This document shows positions 53,301 to 64,000 of a DNA stretch of 64,000 nt, piece by piece. Source of the stretch: Callorhinchus milii (lineage: Eukaryota). The notes below the pieces were generated by a model. That model searched no databases, was not told the DNA's origin, and worked only from the letters and a program-made list of their open reading frames with translations. Numbering within the stretch: position 1 is the stretch's first letter; every line of letters starts with the position of its first letter. The DNA lies in assembly GCF_018977255.1 (NCBI RefSeq), contig NW_024704742.1, forward strand, positions 111,478,001 through 111,542,000, given 5' to 3'. Position numbers and translations under genes: made by a program.

Positions 53301-54899
53301 AGGGTGGTTTTTCTGGAACGATGAGATCAAATAAACCTCTCTTATGATCTAGACAGCTCCAGTGGGCTAGCTTTCACCAGCGTAGACCTGGTGAACCAAA
53401 TGGTCCCTCCAGTGCCATAAACGTTCAGAAATTCTGGTAGAAATATTGGAGTTAAATTGCTGTGTTTCATAACAGATTTGATCAAATAGAAACTACAATG
53501 AAACATTTTCACCCCATGAAGTGCTACTTGAATCTCACAGTTGGAGTCTGAGATGTGTTTTATTACCTGCTGCTGCTGACCTGATAACTTTGAAACATGT
53601 CCAGGCTAAGTGCTAAAACTTGTGAGCAACACTTGTTCTTGTTTTGAAGAGAGAAAGAAAGTTGTCCGAATCTCAATTTGTTTCAAACAGGTTAAAATTG
53701 AAACTTTTCTAAAATGATGAAATTGCCTAATTTTGGAAGGAATCTGTCTTTATTTTAATTCACTTTAGTACTCATTACCAACCTACATAATCTACTCCAG
53801 GTACTCTTTTCTACAGCATTGAAGGGGTGATATGATCCGACAACTGAGAGAAAAGAGGAAAAGTATTCCATTCCTGCCTCTGGAGTTTCTCACTTTGAAA
53901 AACATAAATTCTCCCTTAAAATGTAAAGAGCGTTTCCTGTTTTTCCTTCATAAATCTCAATAATCTCTGTAATACTTATGATTTGACTTCATGCAAAGAA
54001 CGCATCATAAGAATATTTTAATGGTTCAGTTGCTTTCTCATAAGAACAGGGCTCATACGTGAGAGAATCGAGCAGATAAGATCAACAGGAAATCTCATCA
54101 GTGGCAGCCTGTTTCTTGTAAACACTGTAGCCCAGTAGTTCTTGTTTTCTTATGCCATCTCTGAGCTCTAGGGGCTGGATTGCTCTGACGGGCAACGCAT
54201 GCATCTTTCCATTCCCTGCCGGTGATGAATGCCCTGGGCCAGTGTGGAACTCTGCAGAGGAAGTGCCATAAATTTACTGCTGAATCAGCTCGAAAATGAG
54301 AGCAGGGTTACAGGATCACAGCTGTCACTCGGCTGTGGGAAACAGTTCAGGGAGCGTTAGTACTGGCCATTCCCATGAACTTGAGGTTTTAACTGTGTTA
54401 CTATGGGCACAAAGTGAGGTGACACCGATCTGAGTGCATAGCATTAACCCCACAAGCACAGAATTTCATTTAGTTTTTTTCACAATGTATTGAACAACCT
54501 CCTAGAAGCTGATTTCTCACTTAATTTGTTATTCCTGAAATATCTGTGTAAAGTGGGAAAAATAATTCAAGTACGATAATAGTGTCTTACATCTGGAGCA
54601 AAAAGTGGCATTTAGAGAGTTTTTGCACTATCTGTACACAAGCAGTTAATGAATAATGAGATTCTGGATGCCACTCTCATGCCACTTTGAACAATGCACA
54701 AATTTATACTTGCAAGGGTGAAAATTGGGGCAATTAAACCAATGCAGAAGTATGTAGCCTGTGCGTCCAAGCTACAAAATGAAAATTCAGTCTCTTTATT
54801 ATCATTTCGCTTTAAGGATTGTTGTTTGGTGGGAAATAAAGTCAGTTTAATGGAGAGAATTCACAATGCTTTTTTATGTCTGGTAATAAGGAACTAAGA

Positions 54900-55340
54900 A
54901 TAATAATAATCCTTGCATTTGATAAAGTGTTTATAATGTCTGGAATGTTTCAGAAAGTGTAGTGACTGCCAATTCTCCTTAATTATAATAATTCTTGCAT
55001 TGGATATAGTGTTTAATCACATCAGCAAAATGTCTCATTGCACTTAATGAGATTTACTGTAAAGTGTAGTGACTGCGTAATTTCTGGACAAACACAGCAG
55101 GCAATTTGCACAATGTCCCACAAACAGCCATGAAGTGAATAACCTATTTTTATCTGGAGGACTGTTAGTAGGACTAGGAGAAACTCTCTGCTCTTTTTGA
55201 AGAATGCATGAGTTCTCTAACATCCACTTGAATAGACAGACAGGACCTTAGTTTAATGTTTCATTTAAAGGACGACAGCTCCAACAATGCAATGCACACA
55301 CAGCACTTCACTGGAGTGTCAGCCTAGGCTAGGACCTCAA
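54900..55340 (-). mobile_element. Deu-domain SINE preceded by a second tail
   Basis: Two taataat.cttgcatt tails; core gacaggaccttagtttaatgtttca; cactggagtgtcagcctag. Confidence 0.82.
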
Positions 55341-56444
55341 AGTTCCAACTCTGCCACAATGGTCAGGCCCAAAGTCAGCTCACAGATCACAGCATTGTAT
55401 TAACGGTAAGTGGGTTACTATGATTTTTTGGTTTAAGTGGACATTCACTATCTAGCACTTCATTACCATAAACTGCAAGATAACAAATCCAGTGAATAAT
55501 GCACTTTAGTGGTTGTTTCAGAATTCACTAAAACCTTCTTTGAACAATTGTCACTCCACCAATGAAAAGCAATAATGGAAATGGGACTTTCTGTCAACCT
55601 CACTTCAGTCACATTCTTTGCTTTGCTTCACCTCTTGTCTGTGGTTGTTTAAAGTGTTAGGCTGAGAAATTGTTTGAGAACATTTTATCTCATGCCAAAA
55701 AGTGAGAGATTCACAAAGTGAAATTTGCACCTCTGGTTTCAAGTCCCAGAACTATTCTACCTTCACACCCTTGTTTTTTTGATCACAAGATTGTTCTTTG
55801 GCCCATCTGACCTCATCCCTCCCATCCTACCACCCTCCCATCACAGGCATCAAGCTGCTGTTTAAATGAGCCCAGTGTCCTGGCCTCCACCTCCCTCCTG
55901 GCAAGTTTCTCCCCATGTCCTGACCAACAATACTCCAGATATAATTGGTCATTCACTTCACGCTGTTTGAGACTGGCACAGAGCATTGACTTGATGCCGA
56001 CATTCTGTTGCTGAGTACGTCACCTTGGAACCAGCTTAGTTCCAAAGAGATAATATTCCCCTCCCCTCCAAGGAGGATACAAGTTCGAAATTTGTTCAAG
56101 GCTCTAATTTATGCTATTTCTTCAATTGGATTCCTTAATAAGGCTTCCTGTGAGAATTCCTGTTGACCTTTGGTAACTCCACTCAAGAATTATATGCTGC
56201 TAGTTTAGAGCAAGGCTGGTATGAGGTACTTCTTGTAGAAGTCCCTGTTTGCTGGACTTGGATTCTTTACCAAGAAATACTGCAGATTAGACTCTGGTTT
56301 ATATTTATGCCTGCTTGAAAAATCCCGTTTAATTTATTTCAACATTGTTTTCCTATTCTGTTAATGCTTACTTTTTACTCATAACTTTCTTTTACTGTCA
56401 GGAAGCTGTTCACCAAACCCAGCTGGGTAGCTGGGCAGATCTGA

Positions 56445-56815
56445 TAATAATCAATGGATTTTGATATAGTGCCGTCTTTGAGACGTCTCAAAGCACTTCA
56501 CAGAATATACTGTAAAATGAATTGACTGGATATTTTATAGGTGAAACTTGGCAGCTAATTGTGCACAGCAGTGTCCCACAAACAATCGTGGATTGAGTGA
56601 CCAAATTATTACTTTTTTAAAATAATATATTTTTGAAGCAATTAATACCTCTGGAAAAACGATGCGCCAACTGACTGACAGCTGGTTTCCTACTTATTGC
56701 TAGGTAAACAGGCATGTAGAGTAAGGAAACTTGCCTAACATTTCACCCTGCCGGAGAATCGAATCCAGGTCCTCTCGTTTGCAAGGCGAATGATTTATCT
56801 AACATGCTACAGGAT
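56445..56815 (-). mobile_element. tRNA-Ala-headed SINE (family 2)
   Basis: gtaaggaaacttgcctaac; gaatcgaatccaggt; tttgcaaggcga. Confidence 0.87.
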
Positions 56816-59639
56816 TTCAGAAGTGCTCCAGAACTAGTTCTTTCATGATGCAAAAGACATTATTTGCTAAGCAATCTCTGAATAGTTACATCTGCAAAAA
56901 ATCACCTTGCTCAGAATCTCCCTGGTCAGGCCCAACTGAAATTTAGGACGTACAACACAGATTGGCTGATTATCAATCCACGTCCATCCGCTCAATATGC
57001 AGTGCCAAAGCTGTGAGGTAAATATTTTAAAACAGCTGGCTTTAAAGTCCAAATGGACCCTATTGACTTAATCTGTGTTACAAATTTACACTCTCTTCCA
57101 GTACTGTTACTGAAGCACTGAGGCACACGACAAGCTGAAGTGAGACCACATGAAGTTGATTGAGCAGAGTGTAAACACCATTTAGTCACTACGAATGTTT
57201 CAGCTCCTACCCTATCCAGGTTCTGTTATATGTTTGTCATCTATTTTCAAACTGTAGTGCTTAACAACGTCCACTGATCCGTAATAATTTTATTCACATA
57301 GTTATGTTCTAGATCCCAGTTGTAGAACCGTGGGGAGGCACAAGAAAGAATCCAAGCCATTCTCATAGGGACATAGAAAACACTGGAGCGAGAGTTAAAG
57401 ATATAGAGAAGATCCCAATAGAATAAATTGTACATGGCCTGTGCAAGGAATGGAATTCATGGGATGCTTGGCTTTCTTTCACTTATTCAATGCTTTCCGA
57501 GTGTGTTAGGAGCTGTTCTCGAGCATCTCCCAATGGTCCATTTCTTTGGTGGGGCATGGGACCAGGTCGTTTATTGGTGTGCGATTAGATTGTTGAAACA
57601 AGAAAGAATGGAGGGGAAAATCCCTGTTCTTGTTCCCTATTGTTCTTTAATTTGGGGTGTATCTTTTTAAATACATCCAGAAGCTTCTTTATTAGAGTTC
57701 CTTTTGAAATTCATACAGGATACCCATGAAATACACTGTCACTCCACTTACAGCACATCACAACCTTGCATTTGTATGGAGCCCTTCACATAGGAGAGGG
57801 TTTTGGAGCATTGACTATCCTGTGAAGCACTTTGAGACATCCTCCTGACATGAAAGGCGCTATATCAAATGTAAAGGAGTATTATTGTTTGTGGTTCAGG
57901 AAGAGTAGCATCAACTTTGCTATGATATCTCATTTGCATTTACCAGTCATTCCAGTAATAGACTTCGTCCATTCTAAAAATGAATTCTATAAGATGTGTA
58001 TTTGCTGTCACCTTTTTTACTAATACAGTAGTATTGCTGAGAATTATTATTCTTTCAACTCCACTAAGCGGAATTTTGATACTGTGTCATGACTGATCAA
58101 AGGCAGGGGTCAAATGATCAAGAGTGAGTCCAAATTCCTGAAGGTATTTACTTTAGTTATGTATTGCTCTGTCTGTCTCTCTGCTTCATGACAAAGTGTG
58201 ATATGTTTTACTGCAACTTCATCCTTCTAAGTGCTTGTATTTCCCTTTGAATCTGGAAGCTCGGCAACAAGCCTTGCACAATATGTTCAGTTCAATCCTT
58301 TCAAACGTCTTTTTGCAACTTGTACCCTAGTAACAGATTTTTTAACACTTAATAAGTTAATCCTTTGAGAAATGAGCTTGCAGCCTAGCAACATGCTACT
58401 GCTTAATTTAAAACATTCGTTTCCTAAAATCTCAATATGATCGTGATGAGAAAGGAGGAGATGAGGAATAGGGGATGCATTTTTATGGTTCTATGGCCAC
58501 ATCCTTCAGCATGATTAGGATACACATTTCTGTTAATTGTCAGATCTTGAAAACTGTCTCAAGACTCTTCTAAGTTAGGAATAACACTTTGAGGAATTGC
58601 AGTGTGTTCCTGTACAAAATGGGAAATACAATGTATGGTGTATTTATTATAATAATAATCCTTGCATTTGATATAACCCCTTATCATGTAATTGAGATGT
58701 CTCAAAGTGCTTCACAGAATGTACTGTAAAGTGGATTGACTGTATATTTTGTGTGTGAAATAAAAAACTATTTGTGCTTCAAGGTGGTTCATAGCATGAA
58801 ACCATGTCAGATGTTCCTGTTTACGAATCCTCATATGATTCCTTAGTTTGATTCTGCCATCAAAGGGGAGGCACACAGTTGAGGCTAAACATGAGCTGGC
58901 AGACAATCATAGAAATGTTAGCCCAGAACCCGAACCTTGCTTGTTTACTTCCTAGTACCTAGGTTTAGGTATTTAGCAGACACCTGGGTTTCCTTCCTTC
59001 CTATCACTCAGGTTGGAGCATGATACAGGAGCAGCCAAAAGAGGACACAAAACAATTAAAAATAATTTTGCCATTTCTTGCATTCTTCTCTTTCTCTTTA
59101 CAATTTAGTAAGCATCAGCAGTACTCAGAAATGAGTTTTAAAGGTTCTTCAGGACTGATCATGTCACCGTTTTAGAAACTCCACAATAAAGTGCACGTTA
59201 AATGTTAATGAGGTTGCATTTTATTTCTGAGTGGGTGGGAGTAGAGATTTCCAGAGCAGCTTAAAAATAAATGTTTGGGGGTCACTCAGCTGCAAAGGTA
59301 AGTGTTTGCCTCTCAGCCAGATGGCTATAGGCCTGCAGTTCTACTCTCACCCCATCACTCAGATTCAGTGACCTGCACTTGGAATACATTCCAGAAGCTC
59401 TTGGCCAGGCCACTAAATGGCGAGTGTCATAACAGATCAAGCTTTCAGGCAGGGGAGAGAAGAAAATGGAAATTTGCTCAGTCAGGTCTAAGTGCACAAA
59501 CTGGTCACAAAGAAGCATTGGTGAGGTTTGTGAGAGTGCCAACGGCTATTCCTCCATCAATGGCAAGTCGGAGGCTGCACAGTGTTTGGGGGACAAAACA
59601 AGAGGTATTACTACAAAATAAAGATGTCCACTCTCCTAC

Positions 59640-59785
59640 AATTACTACCTGCTGCCTCATCTTTTGCCACTATTACCACTTGCTGACCTCCTGCCACTTA
59701 CTATTGCCTGACCTGCTGCCACTAATACTATTGCCTGACCTCCTGCCACTGCCTGATTTGTTGCCACTGCTAATATTGCCTGACA
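59640..59785. repeat. Degenerate minisatellite (ctgccact..attgcctgacct)
   Basis: Repeated units; produce the LLPDLLP repeats in ORF 59302-59853. Confidence 0.8.
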
Positions 59786-60749
59786 CACTTCAGCATTACT
59801 TCCTCCACTCGCTCCCAGAAACAACAACATATTTTTTCAGGACTCTGTTGTAATCAGCATCTGAGGACCATTCAGTAACAGTTGAGTATGCATTTTGCTG
59901 GCTCAGGCGCTTTCTGATTAGGATCAAGTATTGAAGAGTGACTAATGGTATGAAAACGTGTTGCTTGCTGCTGGGAGCCTGCAGCTAATGTTTTCTTTGG
60001 TATTTTCTTTTTAAGTATGCACATATGGTGCAGATGCTATTAAAAAAGCACTTGTAAAACCTCATATGGTAGTGGTTTTGCAAAAGTGCTCTATAAACAA
60101 GTCACTGGTTGGGATTGTATTTTCACTAAAGGTTAGAAAGTGCTCCTGCTTACCATTGTACATTAGTCCGCATTAGCACAACACCTATTGCTATTTAACA
60201 GATGAAACTCCTCCTTCCTCTGTTATATTGTTTTAAGAAATAGAATGGGGAGAGGGAGCAGTCTCTATCCAGCCTTACTGACCTCTGGGTGCTCAATACC
60301 AGTAGAAATGGTAACTTCATAGCTAAGATGTACCAGCGATGATGATTACACAGTCAGCCTTTTTGTAATCTAGATCTCACTGGGGTCAGAAATTCCATAC
60401 TCAAGTCACTGTTAACGCTTCAAGGCAAAGTCCTTATGGGTAGGGTTAGATGGACAATCAATGGGAAGCTTGCCAAATAGTGCATTTAATTCAGTACTTT
60501 AAAATTGTCCACACAGAAATTGGAAGATTATAGTGCCCAGGGGTTTCTCAGATGAGTTTAGGCATTACCATTCATACCATTTAGAAGTCGAGAAGGAAGC
60601 ATTACACAAAATATTTTAATGCCGTTCTTTGAATAAGGAACAGAATATATTTAAGGAATACTGTAATTATGAACCTATAAATATGTCAGATTTTCATCAT
60701 TTGTAATTTTTTCTTTTTATCTCCAGATTCAGGAATTAAGCAGGTGTTG

Positions 60750-62770
60750 TGTCTGTCTTTTAAGGTGGACGTTAAAGATTCCACAGCACTACTCAAAAAC
60801 AATCCCCCAGATTAAATTGATCACTTCATAGTTGTTCTTTCCTCCGACTCCCACTGTGAGAAAATGCTGGACTTCCGCAAGCCCAAAATCGAGGGAATCC
60901 ACTCAGCTGCCACTGCCCTCCTAACTTCCACCCCTTCCCTACCCCACCCCCCCACACTCTGACCACACTCCTTCCTTCCACACCTTTGAACATGTCACCC
61001 CCTCCTCTGTCATCACCACCATATCCTCCATGAAGCCCACCACTGCTCCCTGGACCCCATCCCTAACCCTCTCCTTAAATCCCAGCTCCACCTCCTTGCC
61101 CCACTACTTGCCGACATCATCAAAGCAGCCACTATCACCCCCACCTTGAAGAAACCTTCCCTTGACCCATCACAGCTATCCAGCTACCGGCCCGTCTCCA
61201 ACCTTCCTTTTCTGTCTAAGGTCCTTCAGAGAGCCATCGCCTCCCAGCTTCACTCTTTAGTCCCACTCCCTCCATGACCCCCTCCAATTGGGTTTCCATG
61301 CTGCCTACAGCATGGAAACTGCTCTGGTCAAGGTCACAAATGACATCCTGACCATGTGTGACCAGGGCTCCCTCTGCCTCCTCTTCCTCTCCGCCACCTT
61401 TGATACTGTGGACCACTCAACCCTCCTCCACAGCCTCTCCTCCCACCTCAAACTTCAAGGTTCTGTCCTTGACTGGTTCAGGTCCTACCTTTCACACCGC
61501 CTCCACTTCGTCTTTGCAAACGGCTTCTCCTCCAGCCCCCGCACTGTTTCGTGCGGCATTCCTCAGGGCTCTGTCCTTGGTCCCTTCCTCTTCACCCCCT
61601 ACACGCTCCCCCTTGGTGACATCATCCGCAGACATGGGCTAAATTTCCAAATGTATGTGGATGACACCCAACTCTATCTGTCGGCCTCCACCCTCAACGC
61701 CAGGACTACTGGCGTCCTGACCGACTGCCTGTCCGACATCAAGTCCTGGACGAGGGACAACTTTCTCCAACTGAACGTCAGCAAAATTGAGGGCCTCTTG
61801 ATTGGCTCTCGCCAGCACCTCCGCACCTCGGCCGCTGGCAGCATCAGCTTCCATGGCTGCACACTCAACCTCACTAAGCCAGTCAGGAACCTGGGTGTCT
61901 TGTTTTACCCTGAACTGTCCTTTCTCCCCCAGATCCGCGCCATGACCGACACTGCGTACCATCACCTCCGCAACATTGCCAGACTCCGTCACTGCCTCAC
62001 CCCTCAGGCTGCCAAAACCCTCACCCATACATTCGTCACATCAAGGCTCGATTATGGAAACTCCCTCCTCATCGACCTTCCCAGCTCTTCCCTTCACAAG
62101 CTGCAGATTATCCAAAACTCTGCAGCTTGTGTATTCTCACGCACCAGGCTCCGTGACCCCATCGCTCCCTCCCTCACCCGACTCCACTGGCTCCCCATGC
62201 CCCAGAGGATTGAATTCAAAATCCTCGTCCTCACTTTCAAGACCATCCATGGCCTTGCCCCCTCCTATCTCTCTGACCTGCTGACTCCCTATCAACCTGC
62301 TCACTCCCTCCGTTCAGCGGGCTCCGGCCTGCTCCATGTCTCCTGCTCGACCCGCCCTACCATCAGAGGCCAGGATTTCAGCCTCTCTGCCCCCACGCTC
62401 TGGAACTCCATCCCACAGTCCCTTCACTTCACTTCCTCCCTTGCCTCCTTCAAGGCCAGTCTCAAGACCCTCCTCTTCGATCGTGCCTTCAGCCGCCCTC
62501 CCACCTCTCTGCCTTCCCTAACCCCTACCCCATGCTCTGGTCCTGACCCTTGACTATCCAGCACCTTGGGACGTCCTCCCGACGTGAAGGGCGCTCTATA
62601 AATGTAATTTTATTGTTGTATTGTTGTTCTTGAGACAATACTGTGTGCAAGTTGGCAGCATTCACCTACAAAATACATAGTCGCTACACTATACAATAAA
62701 TCCTGTGAAGTGTTTTGAGATGTCCTCCCAACTTGAGACATTTCATCAAATACAAGGATTATTATTATTA
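60750..62770 (+). mobile_element. Deu SINE split in two (60750-60839 and 62632-62770) by the L2
   Basis: aggtggacgttaaagat on the left; tgtgtgcaagttggc..caaggattattatt on the right. Confidence 0.8.
60840..62630 (+). mobile_element. 5'-truncated L2 LINE (subfamily A), 421-aa open RT/C-terminal frame (61288-62553), inserted in a Deu SINE
   Basis: SYRPVSNL upstream, GF..SMETALVKVTND, GIPQGSVLGP, YVDDTQLY, SRLDYGN, LHWLP, FKASLKT; 3' stem-loop and (ttg)n; candidate TSD gttgttctt. Confidence 0.97.
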
Positions 62771-63877
62771 TGACTTCACAGGTTAATTCCTATCATATAA
62801 AGTCATCTTTACTTCTCAGTGTCTTAGTGACTTGTGACATGTTGCCAGCTGTGCATTCCTGTAAATACAAATCCAAAGAACTCTAACATTGTGACAACAA
62901 ATGCATCGAATACCGTATTTTCACCCCAATACTTCTGTGCTCTAATAGAAAGTACAATGTTGGTCTTTAAGGTACATTTAAAATTCCATCCTATGCGTGT
63001 AATAGTCACAGGCATGTTCACCTTTATTGTGCCATTCCTGATAAAATTAAAAAAAACTTGTGTAAATTGGCCTTCAAACAGTTGTTCAATATAGGATACC
63101 AGCCAGTCTATGGTGTGCTACAAGGCAGTAACACATCAAAGAGTTGAGATAACATCTTAAGATGCCAGAGAAGTTGTCCTTCAACATATTCTCGATCAGG
63201 GTATTTCAGTTTTCTTTTATCATTTTTGTTCAACAGTGATGGACAGCTGACTCTCACAATCAAAGTGTGATTTGACAAGAATTGGTATAAGGATTTATTT
63301 TACTGACTAATGCATGGAAATGCTACAGGTCTACATATTACATGACAGGATAGTCAATCCTTCAGAAGATGTAAATCTATGCATTTTTAGATTTAAGTGG
63401 AATCGATTTAAGCTTTGAACATATCCAGAAACGTCTTAGGAAAAGAGCCATGTTATTTTCAAGGTTTGTCTCATTTGTCTCATGCAAACGGTTAAGAACA
63501 CTGCATCTTTTGTGTTTTAAAAATATTCTAATATAAATAAACTAGAAATAATGTTATAATTCTTCATAATGTACCAGAGAACAGACAATGGTAAAGAGTC
63601 TCATTTGGATGGCTTTTTGGAAAATCACAATAAAAATAATCAGTGATAATTTATATCAGTGGAGGGGCAAGTACAAACAACTATTATTGAAATGCAACTG
63701 GGTTCACAACAAAAAATAGAAACCACATGGGAGATATATCCTGCCTCTGGGTTAAAGTTTTGTGTTGCCATAGAATTTCCCTTTAGTTATATGGAGAAAA
63801 CAAGTGAGAAAAAGCACATATACCAATACTTTTCTTATGTTGGCAATCAATTTGGCAACTTTGAAGTTAATAGTACT

Positions 63878-63990
63878 AATCTTTGCATTTGATATAGCGC
63901 TTTATCACGTCATTGAGACGACCCAAAAAGCTTCACAGAATATACTGTAACGTGGGTTGACTGTGTATTATGTGGGTGAAGTTGACAGGT
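63878..63990 (-). mobile_element. SINE tail
   Basis: ctttgcatttgatatagcgctttatcacgtc. Confidence 0.8.
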
Positions 63991-64000
63991 AACTTAGCTT

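Noticed and set aside
57310..57670. Possible coding exon or decayed L1 ORF2 end
   Set aside because: Only vague W/H spacing similarity with several stops; cannot support either call
59302..59853. 183-aa ORF
   Set aside because: C-terminal half is a minisatellite (LLPD repeats); no recognisable domain
1..64000. Known conserved miRNA, rRNA or snRNA genes
   Set aside because: No match to sequences I could recall; by-eye check only, so an Rfam/miRBase scan is needed to exclude them

Overview
Repeat-rich, CpG-depleted vertebrate genomic DNA with no recognisable host gene; it reads as a large intron or intergenic region. The repeats (L2 and CR1 LINEs, Deu-domain tRNA SINEs, a second tRNA-Ala-headed SINE with the same L2-type tail, a Penelope-type fragment) point to a cartilaginous fish, possibly a chimaera; this is inference. 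All ORFs with recognisable homology are retrotransposon RT fragments. The largest are an L2 at 60840-62630 (421-aa open frame, inserted into a SINE) and a frameshifted CR1 at about 24195-26230. Most notable observations: a Penelope-type insert with a 13-bp TSD and a decayed minimal hammerhead ribozyme (40794-41081); a perfect 29-bp hairpin inside a SINE tail (48258-48337); a perfect 37-bp inverted pair 6.4 kb apart (14400/20795); a diverged ~200-bp duplicated unique element (37.3/38.6 kb); several MITEs; candidate enhancers; and a few unproven exon candidates. I found no convincing new multi-gene system. Repeat boundaries were read by eye and are approximate.
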